This document shows positions 1 through 13,482 of a stretch of 64,000 nucleotides of DNA, in pieces. Location: contig NW_003314278.1 of NCBI RefSeq assembly GCF_000143415.4, positions 962,682 through 1,026,681 of the forward strand. Direction: 5' to 3'. The translations under genes and the position numbers were made by a program. The stretch is from Selaginella moellendorffii (lineage: Eukaryota; Plantae; Lycopodiophyta). The stretch's first letter is position 1. Each line of letters starts with the position of its first letter. The notes below the pieces were generated by a model that was given only the letters and a program-made list of their open reading frames with translations, did not search any database and was not told the origin of the DNA.

Positions 1-2392
1 GTGAACCCTAAGCCAACCTCCCAACCCTTAAGGCATTACGGCCTTAAATCCCACAGGCCATAGAATATTCTTAGAGTATTCCTATAGTTTATGTCATTCT
101 CCCCTCCCTTATGACCCAGCCACATATGACAGCCTCAAGAAGCTAAATGAACCTCACATGAAGGGATTCCAATGCAATACAGCCATGGAAAAAATATGTG
201 TAAACAACAACACCAACATCGTGACAAACAGCCACGAAAGAAAGAAAGCAATATGGCTTTCTCGCATGACAATACAGTCATGGAAACAAGAGAATGAGAA
301 TAGAACAAACAGCTGAAATTATATAGCAATATGGCTATAGAAATCAATTCTCCCCTTCCTCAGGAATGTCATCCAAGTCATAACCAAAACTCGGAAACAC
401 TTTCTTCATGACATCCTCAATTTCCCATATAGTTTCGTCCATGGAATAACTATTCCACTGAACTAACAATGCCCTAGTTGTCTTTCGGCATGTTTTCACC
501 AATCTTTGAGCAAGAATATTGGTTGGACCAACCTTCTCTGCATCAATCTCTGGGACCTGGATGATGGATTAATCCAGACATCACCAAAGTGCAAACACGC
601 TTTAAGCTTGCTCATATGGAATGTTGGATGAATCTTCGAACTAGTTGGCAAGTCAAAGTGTATGCAAGATCCCTCACACACTGTAAAATTGTCTAAGGCC
701 CACAATATTGTGGAGACAACTTAGCACTACCACCTCCTTTTAGAGACCATTGTGCATTCGACAACTTAAGGAAAAATTTGTCACCAACTTTGTACTCTTG
801 ATAATGACAATGTTCATCAGCCAATCTTTTGTCTCGCTCTTGAGCTTGCCTCATGTTCAACTTTGCCAACTCAAGTTTGTCTTGCATATCCTCCAAAAAA
901 TCACAAGCACGAAGTACCTGAACCAAAGCCAAATTCAAACTCACAGGAGACTTAGGCTCATAACATACATCACCATAAAGGGAGACATGCCAATAGCCAA
1001 TTGATGAGCAAACTGAAGCAAAGGCAAGTATTTCTCTCATACTTCCTGTCACGTCAAGTTTCCCACAAAAAACCTCAACATATCTTCTAATAGTTGATTC
1101 ATGCGCTCTATCTACCCATCTAATTGTGGATGTTCACCACTGCTCATACTCAACTTAGTCTCTAGCTTCTCAAAGACTATTTGCCAAAACTTGGACGTGT
1201 ACTTGGGATCCCAATCACTCACAATGTCACCCGATAAACCATAGAGATTGAATAACTGGTCTACAAACAATTGAGCAAGTTCAAAAGCTTTTATCATCGT
1301 CTTCATAGGGAAGAAGTGAGCCATCGAGATGCTATCCCATTGATAAAGTGATAAAGTCCATCGAGATGCTATCCCATTTATTATAGAGGCTAGTGAGCTT
1401 CTAATGATCAACTTTGACTGCTTGGCAAGTCAAACAACCACGTATGTATTTCTCAACATCTAACTTCATCCCAGGCCAAAAGAAATGCCTCTTCACCAAC
1501 ATATACGTTCTCAATACCCCCACATACCCAGCACTTGGCACATCATGACACTCAACCAAAATCTGTTTAATGAGTTTGTCAACACAAGGAACCACTACAT
1601 GTCCCTTCTTCATTAGGATTCCATCTCGTATCGCAAATGATGCAAACTTGTCACCCTTCAAATATGTAGAGGTGTCCCTCAACAAAACCTTTGCGTGAAT
1701 ATTAATGATAAAGGAGTCGAAGTTAGCAAACTCCTTAAGATCATCTAAGAGATCACTAGATAGCTTCATGGACAAGATAGAATTTACCATTCTGGATAAT
1801 GTATCAACCATCTTATTGTCACTTCCATACTTCTACTGGTTCTTAATAGACATTTCCTATAGGAACTCTTGCCAATGAGCAAGACAGCCTTAAATGTCCT
1901 TTAGATTACTAAAATACTGGAGAGATTGATGATCTGAATCCACATAGAAGTCCGATCCATACAGATAATGTCGCCATTCTTTCACAGCAGCAATCACAAC
2001 ATACAACTCTTTGTTGCGAGTAGGCTAATTTTGTTGTGTGGCATCAAATTTGTGGCTAATGAATGCAAGAGAATGCCTAACTTGAAGCAATACAGCCCCA
2101 AAAGCACTATCACTCACATCATTGCCTATAATTTCCACCATAGTCATCTTATCATTCATTGACCCCTTTAGAACAATCCTTACTTTGATGTCCAGCTCTG
2201 TGGTAACGAAAACAATTGCCCTCCGCTTTGTCCTTCTCTTGCTGGTCTAAACAAAGTTTCATAGCCTCACTGCCATTTTCATGTTTCGATGCAACGTGTA
2301 TGTACATTTCTCCAAGTCCCTTAGGGACTGATACAAAAAACAAGAATCCCTTAGCGCTGTTCACTCAGCTACGCTGTCCTGCAATTCACCAC

Positions 2393-4110
2393 CTAATAGT
2401 GATCGCTGCCCTCCAAGCGTGGCTGCTGTGGTCGTTGCCTCCGCAGTGCATCCAGTGCCAGATCGCCACGTCGAGCCTCCTTTGTTACCATGTCCGAAGG
2501 TCTCCATTTCCACTTGACCTCCCCCTTGTGTTCAGTTCCGTAGCACGGAGTCCATAGTCGTCGCCAAGCTGTGAGTGCCTCCCTGTTTTTCCCATGCTCC
2601 TGGAGCAGTGTATCCCTCAAGCGGATAGCAGCCAGTGTGAGCCTCCACCAATTCGCCATGATCGCTGAAATCCGAGTGCACTGCCCTTCGAAGTGGTTGC
2701 GGTTCCGAGCCTCCCAGAGTGCCTGTACCCCAGAAGCCCGCCATACCTCCCATCTCGCCCGTCCAAGGGCCTCCCACACTGTAGTCCCAACTTCGGCGCC
2801 TACCGCATCCCACCTAACTCGGGTGCCCCATCCTGAGCATCCCCAACACCCGATCTTCCGCCAAGCTGCTCCTGTGCATGGTCCCCTTGCCTCTGGAAAC
2901 CATTGGGTGACATCCCCTTCTCGAATTTCGAAATCCTACTTGTCCCCTAGTTCCCTCGTCGCTTTTGCTACCTGCCGCCACGTCTCCTTGGCCACGTCAC
3001 AATCCCAGAGGAGGTGTGTGACCGTCTCCAGTTCCCCGCATTCCGGACACCTACGAGCATTCTCTGCTTGAAATCGCTGGCCTACTGGCAGCCCATTTGT
3101 CGCCACGAGCCAAGAGGTTACCTTTGATTTTTCCTGGATCGGTAGTTTCCAGAATGCCACGGTATTGTCAATCACCTGGTCCACCTCCACTCCTAGCGCG
3201 ATCCACTTTTGCCACAGTCGTGGGATTTCTTCTCTCTCAAATTCCCTGTTCACCATCAAACCATTCCGCGCATCCTTGACCTCGTAAGTGAAGAAGCTGT
3301 TCGCCCCGCGTCTCCACGCTGTTGGGTCCCAGTCCAGGTCTTCTATTAACTCTTTCCTCCACCATACTAGCCGTCCCTCTCCTTCTAGCCAGCATGGTGA
3401 CTCTACCACTTCTGTCCGAGTTGCTGTCTGTCTTAGAACCCGGATTCGTCCTTTCACTTCATCGTCCGTGACCTGCGGCATCTGTTGGGGATTCCCCGCC
3501 TCAAGGAGTGTGTTGCCTCTCACTACACGAAAAGGCCTACTGAGGTTTTGGTCTGGATCTATCACAAACCACACCTCAATCTCCCCCTCGTTCCACGCTG
3601 GGGTTGGCATCGTGAATGCTCGAGTCCATTTCCCAAGTGGTACCTGCTTGCCATCCGGCGTCTCCTCCCTTTGAATTGCCACAAAGTCCCCAGCGTGTAG
3701 CCTTCTTGCTGGCCATTTATCCACTATCCGTGCCTCTGTCACTGCCTGCAGTAGCTTCAGTAGATCCCACTGCACGTCCCGCCACTTCCCTGGCCCGAAA
3801 ACTTGGAAGCGCCGGGCCGATTTCTGTGGATCCAGATCTACCACTCCAACTAGTTGCTTGACTGTCCTGAAACCTCCTTGGTGTACCCGCCTCCATATGG
3901 TGTAGTGGTTCTCTCGGCCTAGTGTCCTGTCTCCTGCCTTGAACAACTCATTGAAAAACAGTGGCTGATTCAGCTAGTCCTCTGCCCTGTTCGGGATGAC
4001 CTGCGTCACTGGAAATGACTTCCAGAGCCAATGGAGACCCTGGACCAATTGGCCTCCCCCTACCACCTGTGTTTGTCCCTCCGCGAACATCCAGCGGGGG
4101 TCCTCATCCC
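2393..4110 (-). pseudogene. LINE ORF2 C-terminal part (zf-RVT-type Cys/His motif), interrupted by stops
   Basis: ORFs 2936-3946 and 2393-2779 carry CxxC..HLLWDC and LWEARNR motifs; continues on the far side of A1. Confidence 0.85.
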
Positions 4111-4339
4111 TGTGAGACACAAAATCCCTAGGCCCTAAAGTGGAGCCGGAAGGGCGCCACATGGTAGTGGCCGAAGCGAGAGCCAAACGAGCGTAACACG
4201 TTTGGACCAAAAGCTCCGACTTGAAAAGTCAAGAGCGGGAGTGGAACTCCCAACAAAGTGCTCGAGGAACGAGCACGAAGCGAGCAAAAGGCGAGGCTCC
4301 AAAAAGGGACCCAAAAGGACCAACACATGACACGTGGGA

Positions 4340-4920
4340 GTGTCCGAGATGGACTCGAGTTGGAGTCCGAAGTGGAGTCCGAGATGGACCCGAGTTGGAG
4401 TCCAAAGTGGAGTCCGAGATGGACCCGAGTTGGAGTCCGAAGTGGAGTCCAAGATGGACCCGAGATGGAGTCCGAGATGGAGTCCGAAGTGGAGTCCGAG
4501 GTGGACCCGAGATGGACCCGAGTTGGAGTCCGAAATGGAGTCCGAGATGGACCCGAGATGGAGTCCGAGATGGAGTCCAAGATGGAGTCCAAGGTGGACC
4601 CGAGATGGACCCGAAATGGAGTCCGAGATGGAGTCCGAGATGGACCCGAGATGGAGTCCGAGATGGAGTCCGAGATGGACCCGAGATGGACCCGAGATGC
4701 AGTCCGAGATGGAGTCCGAGATGGAGTCCGAGGTGGAGTCCGAGATGGAGTCCGAACTCGAGACCGAGACCGGGACCGAGACCAAGACCGAGACCGAGAC
4801 CGAGATCGGGACCGAGACCGAGACCGAGGCCGAGGCCGAGACCGAGCCCGAGCCCGAGTCCGAGTCCGAATCCGAGTCCGAGTCCGAGTCCGAGTCCGAG
4901 TCCGAGTCCGAGTCCGAAGC
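4340..4920 (+). repeat. 12-bp (GGAGTCCGAGAT/GGACCCGAGAT) and 6-bp (GAGTCC/GAGACC) tandem arrays in the family A LTR
   Basis: Directly visible; recurs at ~10250-10790, 51430-52075 and 57420-57990 with different copy numbers. Confidence 0.95.
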
Positions 4921-7900
4921 CTGAGAGGGTGAAAGCCCAAAGCGTTCGTCTCCCAAACCCTGGGGGGTTTGGTGAGCTCCAAAAGTATAGTAGGGGGAGG
5001 ACTGCAGTGGAGCCAGTTTGGCCAGGAAAGGCCAGTTTGGCCCAGGAAGGCCGGACCCAGTGTTGGGTGATGAGCTGCCCACTGGGAAGTCCAAGACTAG
5101 AGTGAACACAGACCGACAAGCGGGGTAGCTTGGTGAAGTGTTCAAGAGCCGGCTCTAGTTCCCCCGGGAGATCGACTGGCCGATGCTCCCAGTCCAAGTG
5201 TGGGTGGCACTACCTACTTGGATACCAGGCGTGGCTCAACGGAACCTCGCTCTAAGCCCATGGCTAGAGCACCTAAGGGCAGAAGGCGAGGAGAGTACCC
5301 AGGTGGCTTGCGTAAGGCCACGGTGTTCCGAAATGTTGCCCCAAAGGCCCAGACTGTGGAAAGGAAGAGGAGCAATCCTCTAGGGTAGTGACCAAGGACA
5401 CAGTCGTGTGGTGAGGAAGTCCCAGAGGACCATGGGACTTAGTGGTCAGGCCTGTGGGTCTCGATCAAGTGGCAGTGTTGGCAAACACGGCCAGGGGCAG
5501 AAAGGGACTTAGTGGGGACTGGCAGAGGGATATTGGGGAAGGCTATTCCCCTTGTCAGTGGGCATCCTAAGGGTGCTAAGGAGTGGATCTCAGATGACCA
5601 CTCACGGATGGTTTGCCTAGTCTTGGAGAGCCAAGACTGTGATGCAAGTGGTAATGGACTACCAGTGTGGCAAAGGTGATTGAGCATGGCCTTAGCGTAA
5701 GGGGCTGGCATGTCAGTGGTACCTTTGAGTGTCGGTCATGGGATCAGACACGTGGAGCACTTGGACCAAGTGCAAATGTTGAGTGGCATGGATGCCATTC
5801 TTGGGGCTACCAAGTCCCAAGTCCTGGATTGGACTTATGGAGGTTGTGAATGAGACTCCTCCAAGTGGTTGGAGGTGTGGTTAAGTGACTAAAGTAGAAT
5901 GGAAAATTTAGTCGCTTACAATTTAGTATCGGAGCTATTCCTTAGTCTGACTTTTATTGGTGCTAAAGTATATCACCACTGGTGTTGGCAACGGAAGGTC
6001 CGAGAAGTGGGCCTATCCTTGAGGAGTAGCAGGTCGGGAAGACATGGCTCTCCATTATAGTTCATGTGTGAACTGGTAGACAAGGTGATGGATAGAAAAG
6101 GGGCCAATAATGGAACGACTTTGGGATCTTGGGAACAGTGCAAGGTTTTCCTCATTGAGTTGAGGAGGTAATCCAGATGAGCGTTTGACTCAGCAAACGG
6201 GCTAATGTAGTTGGGGTAAACAACTACAGTTGGGATCACGGGGAAGATAGAGACTCCAAAAACAATAAAGGAGTCACAAGTTTATCCTTACATGGTTGAG
6301 GCTGGTGCTCATGAAGGTGAGACCGGAATGGATGACCGTGAGAGGTCAAGTAGGGATGAGGACACGAGTCCTCGAAATGGTAGCCGGGGCTACCTCTAAT
6401 AAATGCTGGAACAACCCAAGGAGTTGGGGGTGTATTAAGTGGATGAGTTGGTATTCTCATCACATGGACAAGTAGTCCTAAGGGGCAAAGGTTGGCCCAG
6501 AGAACAAAATCAAGTGTCGGAGTAACACTTGTGAAAATAGTCCTTTTGAGTAGGACAGGAATGCAAAAAGTGTATTCCAGTGAGCTAGTGCCTCACAAGT
6601 AGGACCTTATGGGTCTGTGGATTAACCAAGTCCAAAACTGCTGGATGACTCAAGTGGAGTCAAGGGATGGTCCTAAAAGGACTGATGGAAGCATTTGGAC
6701 TGAGGTGTGTTGTACCCCACAAAGGATGGGGGGGGATCATAGGATCCAAGGATGAGAACAGAGGGTATCTCATCGATAGCAAAATGTGCCATGCTAAAGT
6801 TATGGGAAAGGTGTTCCCAGAAGAAAACAACTTTGACATAAAGTTGTGTGTGACCTCTATGGTGCAGTGCCAACGGATGGTTGGCATGAGAAAGAGCGGT
6901 GTTGGTCTTGGCAAAAGACATAAACACGAAGGGGAAGTGTTATAGAGGTAGGCTTGTGGAACCGATGGTGTGGAGACACCAAATGTGCCAAGGTGTGATA
7001 CCTTGAGGCTATGTTGGTGGGTTCATGAGAACCCCTTGCCAAAGGAATCCCAATGGAAATGGGAATGGCATAGCCTAAGCTGCAGAGCATGCAGTTGGAG
7101 TGTGGTGACCCAGATAATGATGAAGGTGTGAAAGCACCAAGCAATGAGTTGTAGGACTTGACAACTATGAGGCAACTAAGCAAGAGGTGCAAAATAACTG
7201 GTTGAACGGGTAGAAGGTAACTACCCAAGACTTCTTAATAGCATAGGGAAGTCAGATACACCCTTACGGGGGATAAGTTGCTTGTGTTGCGATATAGTAA
7301 GTCAATGTCATAAAAGGAAATACTCATTGTCAAGAAAGCCATCATTGGGACACTCGAACACTCTAGAACACCAGAAGGTGGTGTTTGATGTCGCGAGGGC
7401 AATGGATAAAGCCCAAGGGACTAAGTCCCTAGCGAATGATGGATAGAAGGTGCTATCCAAATGTCCAAGGTTGCGGAGACAGGAGAGGACTATCTACCCG
7501 AGTTGGACAAAGCCAAAAATGGAATTTTGGCAAGGCTAGTGATGGGCATGTAAAGGCCCATAAGCAACAATGTAATCCCAGTGTTTAGGATTATAAGGTG
7601 AGCATACCCGGATTGAGGAACCACTCCCTAGGCTATTGGGTAGGTTCATCCCTAAGAATACTTGCTAAAGCATGATAGAAAGTGCAAAGCTATCCTCTTG
7701 GTCTTGAGGAGAATAACCGAAGGAAAGGTGTGAAGCCAAAAAGCAAGAAGTAAGGGGATAGAACTGAACCATAGAAATCGAAGAGCATAACCAAGGTTGG
7801 TTATGCCAGCTGGGAGTGGAGAATCAAGTGGGGGCTCGAGGGTGTTGCCGCTAGCAACCGTGATGCCATGGAGAGTCTAAAATATGGAATTGTCCATGTT

Positions 7901-8404
7901 AAACTATGTGGCATTTGGAAGGCTTGCAAAAAGGGAGGCCTTAGCAAGCTGAGGGACAGAGTTCCTTCAAGGTTCCCAAAGACGATTCTAGGTAGCTTAG
8001 TACCTAGAAAGGCCAAGTGTAAATGGTTCATGGAACGCGCAAAATCAGAGTGGCGCAGCAGAAACGTGGTCTTGAAGCTTGCCATGAGGCAAGGCTATCA
8101 AGGTTAGGGAAGTAGTTCCCGAGTGTTCAAGGAGAGGGCTTTGAATGAAAGTTGATGGTTAAGGACTTCCACGCTTATACATGAACCATGTTACGGTGGC
8201 CGGATGACTTGCTAAGTGAGATTGGCAAGTTGGGGGGAACAAATACCCTAGTTGAAGGTGCTAACTTCAAAAAGGGTGGCCTATGGGGCCAAGCATGGAG
8301 GAGCCCATGCATGATCACAGATATGTCAAGTGAGAGGACTTGGCAGTGTGGGGGAATTAGGTTCCTAAGCTGTGATCTGTAGCGCGCTTTAAAAATAAGT
8401 TGGT

Positions 8405-8830
8405 GCACCGGCGTGGGGAGTCACACCAGGCATCTTGTGTGATGCCGTCCGTAGATGCATATACGGAGGTTGGGTTCGAGTCCCGACCCTCTAGTGCTTG
8501 GGTTCGAGTCCCAAATCACTAGGGCGTGGTGATGGTTTGGAATATGAGGACACTCATATTTCGGTGGTCATTGACTCTCAGTGGGGAGACTGGTTTGGGC
8601 ACACCGCCAAGCGAAGGATGCCTCGGAGTCGTGATGCACGGTTAGATTGCTTAGTGTGAAAGCTCAGCATATCTAACTTGAATGCTTTGGTGCAAGTGGC
8701 ACCAAGGTCGTGGTGAGTGAGATGGGGACACCTAATCTCAGTTGCTATGAACCCTTGGCCGTAAGGGCTGGCTTGGGTGCACCGCCAAGTGTGGGGGATG
8801 CCCCCGGGGTTATAGTCAACAACTTGGAGG
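8405..8830 (+). other. Conserved structured-RNA module in the LARD interior (tRNA T-arm/B-box hairpins, GACA-loop hairpins)
   Basis: GGGTTCGAGTCCC twice (~8472, ~8500). Hairpins are homologous to the B 3' UTR, with compensatory changes. Confidence 0.7.
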
Positions 8831-10650
8831 TCTAGAAGACCAAGTACCTCTTGGCAACTCTGTTAAGGTGCCAAGGTGAGATCACTAGGTGATCTTATGG
8901 CCAGATAAGGACAAGGTCCTTGGTTGGCTAAGGAATGAAGTTCCTGGTTCAAAATGTTGAAATTGAACTGTTTAAGATGGTGTGGCTTGGTCGTGATGAC
9001 CAAGTGGGAAGAGCACCTAAGGGAAATAAACTATGTCTGTGCGATGGCATAGTGAGTCCGAGGAAAGTAGTCTCTATAAAAGACCCATGGGAGGGTCACG
9101 AAGTTGGGCCGTGGATAGAGCCCATAGCAGAAGATGCTAAAGAGACGTACTAGGGGTGAACATCCTCCGGACTTGGCAAAGAAGAGTCTTTGCTATGGAA
9201 CCGAAACAATACCTTAAGAAGGGAGGTAGAGATTCGATGTTGCTTGGTGCAACAATCAACGGATAGGAGCAAAAGATGAGTGGCCAAGATAGGGCCGTGG
9301 AATCCCTTGGAAGGAATCCAAGTGACAAAGTTAGGCGAGGAACACTAATGTGTTAGATGCTAACAAGTTGCGGGAAAGGAAGTGTGTTTCCAAGGAGGAA
9401 TTCCGAAATGCTCCGATTTGGCGAAAGTGGAAGCTCCAAGGGAGGGAGCGGTAAGGTAGCCAAATGATAGGGCCATGAACAGCCCTAGCACAAAGTATGA
9501 TAACGGGAACTTTGGCACGAAATAGAAGAGGATGATGGTGCCCTCGAGTAGAGAACTTCCTAGGATGGGAAGTGGAGTTGCATAAAAAGGTGCAAGGCAA
9601 GGTGTCGGAGACACCTAGGAAATTGACTCCAAGAAGTCAAAATTCAAAGTTCCAAAGTGCAAAGGTTATATCGATGGAAATCGAGACTACTCGAGAAAGA
9701 GTAGTGGGATTGACTTAGAGAAGGGTCTCTAAGAGGTTTAGCGAGAACTAAACCAATAAAAGGAAAGAACCACTATATGTGGTCCAATTAGTCTCTAAGT
9801 TGGAGAGACTACCCTCCTTAGAGGATATGCAAAAGGCATGGTGAGCCTTCAATGTCCAACCATTGACGAATATGGAGAAGGCATGGTGAGCCTTCAATGT
9901 CACACCATTGACAAATATTGGCTACGCGCCAAGGATGGAAATGGTAACACATGCGGGTGTTACTTTATAAAATGGTTCACCGTTCAATGAGGACATCGAA
10001 CTTCGTCTATGGGTGGTGGAGTTGTGAGACACAAAATCCCTAGGCCCTAAAGTGGAGCCGGAAGGGCGCCACATGGTAGTGGCCGAAGCGAGAGCCAAAC
10101 GAGCGTAACACGTTTGGACCAAAAGCTCCGACTTGAAAAGTCAAGAGCGGGAGTGGAACTCCCAACGAAGTGCTCGAGGAACGAGCACGAAGCGAGCAAA
10201 AGGCGAGGCTCCAAAAAGGGACCCAAAAGGACCAACACATGACACGTGGGAGTGTCCGAGATGGACTCGAGTTGGAGTCCGAAGTGGAGTCCGAGATGGA
10301 CCCGAGTTGGAGTCCGAAGTGGAGTCCGAGATGGACCCGAGTTGGAGTCCGAGATGGAGTCCGAAGTGGAGTCCGAGGTGGACCCGAGATGGACCCGAGT
10401 TGGAGTCCGAAATGGAGTCCGATATGGACCCGAGATGGAGTCCGAGATGGAGTCCGAGATGGAGTCCAAGGTGGACCCGAGATGAACCCGAAATGGAGTC
10501 CGAGATGGAGTCCGAGATGGACCCGAGATGGAGTCCGAGATGGAGTCCGAGATGGACCCGAGATGGACCCGAGATGCAGTCCGAGATGGAGTCCGAGATG
10601 GAGTCCGAGGTGGAGTCCGAGATGGAGTCCGAACTCGAGACCGAGACCGG

Positions 10651-10682
<32 letters not shown>

Positions 10683-11796
10683 TCGGGACCGAGACCGAGA
10701 CCGAGGCCGAGGCCGAGACCGATCCCGAGCCCGAGTCCGAGTCCGAATTCGAGTCCGAGTCCGAGTCCGAGTCCGAGTCCGAGTCCGAAGCCTGAGAGGG
10801 TGAAAGCCCAAAGCGTTCGTCTCCCAGACCCTGGGGGGTTTGGTGAGCTCCAAAAGTATAGTAGGGGGAGGACTGTAGTGGAGCCAGTTTGGCCAGGAAA
10901 GGCCAGTTTGGCCCAGGAAGGCCGGACCCAGTGTTGGGTGATGAGCTGCCCACTGGGAAGTCCAAGACTAGAGTGAACACAGACCGACAAGCGGGGTAGC
11001 TTGGTGAAGTGTTCAAGAGGCGGCTCTAGTTCCCCCGGGAGATCGACTGGCCGATGCTCCCAGTCCAAGTGTGGGTGGCACTACCTACTTGGATACCAGG
11101 CGTGGCTCAACGGAACCTCGCTCTAAGCCCATGGCTAGAGCACCTAAGGGCAGAAGGCGAGGAGAGTACCCAGGTGGCTCGCGTAAGGCCACGGTGTTCC
11201 GAAATGTTGCCCCAAAGGCCCAGACTGTGGAAAGGAAGAGGAGCAGTCCTCTGGGGTAGTGACCAAGGACACAGTCGTGTGGTGAGGAAGTCCCAGAGGA
11301 CCATGGGACTTAGTGGTCAGGCCTGTGGGTCTCGATCAAGTGGCAGTGTTGGCAAACACGGCCAGGGGCAGAAAGGGACTTAGTGGGGACTGGGAGAGGG
11401 ATATTGGGGAAGGCTATTCCCCTTGTCGGTGGGCATCCTAAGGGTGCTAAGGAGTGGATCTCAGATGACCACTCACGGATGGTTTGCCTAGTCTTGGAGA
11501 GCCAAGACTGTGATGCAAGTGGTAATGGACTACCAGTGTGGCAAAGGTGATTGGGCATGGCCTTAGCGTAACGGGCTGGCATGTCAGTGGTACCTTTGAG
11601 TGTCGGTCATGGGATCAGACACGTGGAGCACTTGAACCAAGTGCAAATGTTGAGTGGCATGGATGCCATTCTTGGGGCTAGCAAGTCCCAAGTCCTGGAT
11701 TGGACTTATGGAGGTTGTGAATGAGACTCTTCCAAGTGGTCGGAGGTGTGGTTAAGTGACTAAAGTAGAATGGAAAATTTAGTCGCTTACAATCCC

Positions 11797-12374
11797 ACAC
11801 TCTTGCGAATCCATGCTTCGGCCTGATGGCTAGCATCCTCTACCTGAACAAGAGCTTCCAGGCTTGGGCCCCCGGTTGAAGGCCCATTAGTATGACTTTG
11901 TACCTTAGCGCCTTGCTCATGTCACTTGGGTCGATTATCCCCAAGCCGCCTAAAACTTGTGGTCTTGCCGTCGACTGCCATGCCACCTTGGCCATCGTCT
12001 GGCCACTGACCAGCGCTCCCTTCCACACATACGTGCGCACCATGGACCTTATGCGCTTGAGTGTTGTCTCTAGAACCGGCCATACTGAGATGTGGTACCA
12101 CGTACACGGCAACACGATGCTTTTCGCCACCACCACCCTTGCTGGCAGTCCCAGTTTCCGTGGCGCCCATTTCTGAATCGCTGTTCTGGTCCTCCGCAGC
12201 GGCGCTGAGTCCTACATAGAAGCTTTGAACTCACCTCCTACCTGAATTCCCAGGTAGCGTGTGTCCTCCCCTGGTGGTAGCCACTGAAAGTCGATGTCGC
12301 GTCCCCACGCCTCTATGTCAGATTCCCCCCAGTTGATTCCTATCGACTTGTTCCAGTTGATGGCCGCTCCTGCT
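11797..12374 (-). pseudogene. LINE ORF2 segment (end of RT / post-RT domain)
   Basis: DTRYLGI and 'VAW..TARP..LGGLGI' motifs between insertions A1 and B1. Confidence 0.85.
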
Positions 12375-13482
12375 TGTAAGGAACCAACTCGCCGAGGTGT
12401 CGTAGGCTAAGGGAACCCCGAAAGCATGACCAAAATGACAAAGAGTTCATCGGATGGGACCAAGTCAAAGATCGAGTCCAAGACCGACTCTAGGACCGAG
12501 TTCGAGATAGAGTCCGGAATCGAGTCCAAGACCGACTCGGGGACCGAGTTCGAGTCCGAGTTCGAGACCGAGTTCGAGACAGAGTCCGAGATCCGAAATC
12601 GGGTCCGAGACCGAGTCCGAAGTCGAGTCCGAGGTCGGGCCCGAGATCGGGTCCGAGATCGAGTCCGCGATCGAGTCCGAGACCAAATCCGAAGTCGGAT
12701 CCGAAATCGGATCCGAGATCGAGCCAGAGACTAAGTCCAAATACTAATACGGGTCAAGGGGTGAAAGCCCAAAGCGTGCGTCCCCCAGGGGGGGGGGGCT
12801 GCAGGGGGTTCCAAAAGTATAGTAGGGATAGTGAGGTCCAGGAACCAGTTTTGAAGGGACTCTCCAGTTGGGCTTCCAAACCGACTTGAGGTTGGGACTG
12901 GGACTAAGGGGCCTTGGGTGGGAGTGAGCATGGACTTGGCTGGTGCCGGAGGGGCCATCCAAGGAAGTGCTCAAGAGCAGCTCCCACTCCCGAAAGGGAA
13001 ACCGATTGCGGTGCTCCCGGATCATGTGGAGTGGTGCCCCACTTGAGTACCATGCGGCTCATTGGTCCTCGCCCTTCCTAGGGGCTTGGGCCTTCCTTCG
13101 GGATGGAAGTGGGGGGCGAGAGGTACCCATACCGGGCCGTTAGGCCACGGTGTTTCGCCCCGGCGTCCCGAAGCAAGTGTTGCACTCAAGACTTGGGATT
13201 TAGAGGGTCCCATGATCAAGTCTTGTGGTACCAAGGGATGTTAGGAACCTGGAAGCTTGGTGTGCTTGGCTGCTTGTGCTTGCGGGGAGTGTAGCCGAAC
13301 CTTAAGTCCAGTCTAACCCGGGGAGGGGGATTGGGAGTGATTTGGGAATCCGTGGAAGGATGGCTAACACCCCGTTGCTCGTGCAGTGAGTAGCTGAAAC
13401 CAAGTAGGAGCTGGTACCATAGGCGAGAACCTTGGCAAGGGAACTTAGCAAAAGCCAAGGCAGTGTTGGACGGATAGACGAG

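Larger units (their letters stand above)
4111..11791 (+). mobile_element. Non-autonomous LARD-type LTR retrotransposon, copy A1
   Basis: LTRs 4111-5920 and 10023-11791 (TGTGAG...CTTACA); TSD ATCCC; PBS-like TAGTATCGGAGC at ~5924; PPT GGGTGGTGGAGT at 10011-10022; 4.1-kb interior without any long ORF. Confidence 0.95.

Noticed and set aside
4128-5197. Long RS/SP/GL-rich ORFs in all frames (also 10040-11068, 51216-52391, 57128-58270)
   Set aside because: Artefacts of stop-free 6/12-bp repeats in LTRs; frames are not conserved between sister LTRs.
5921-10022. Retrozyme (hammerhead-bearing LTR element)
   Set aside because: I found no CTGANGA...GAAA hammerhead core in the LTRs or interior by eye; a covariance search would be needed to exclude other ribozymes.
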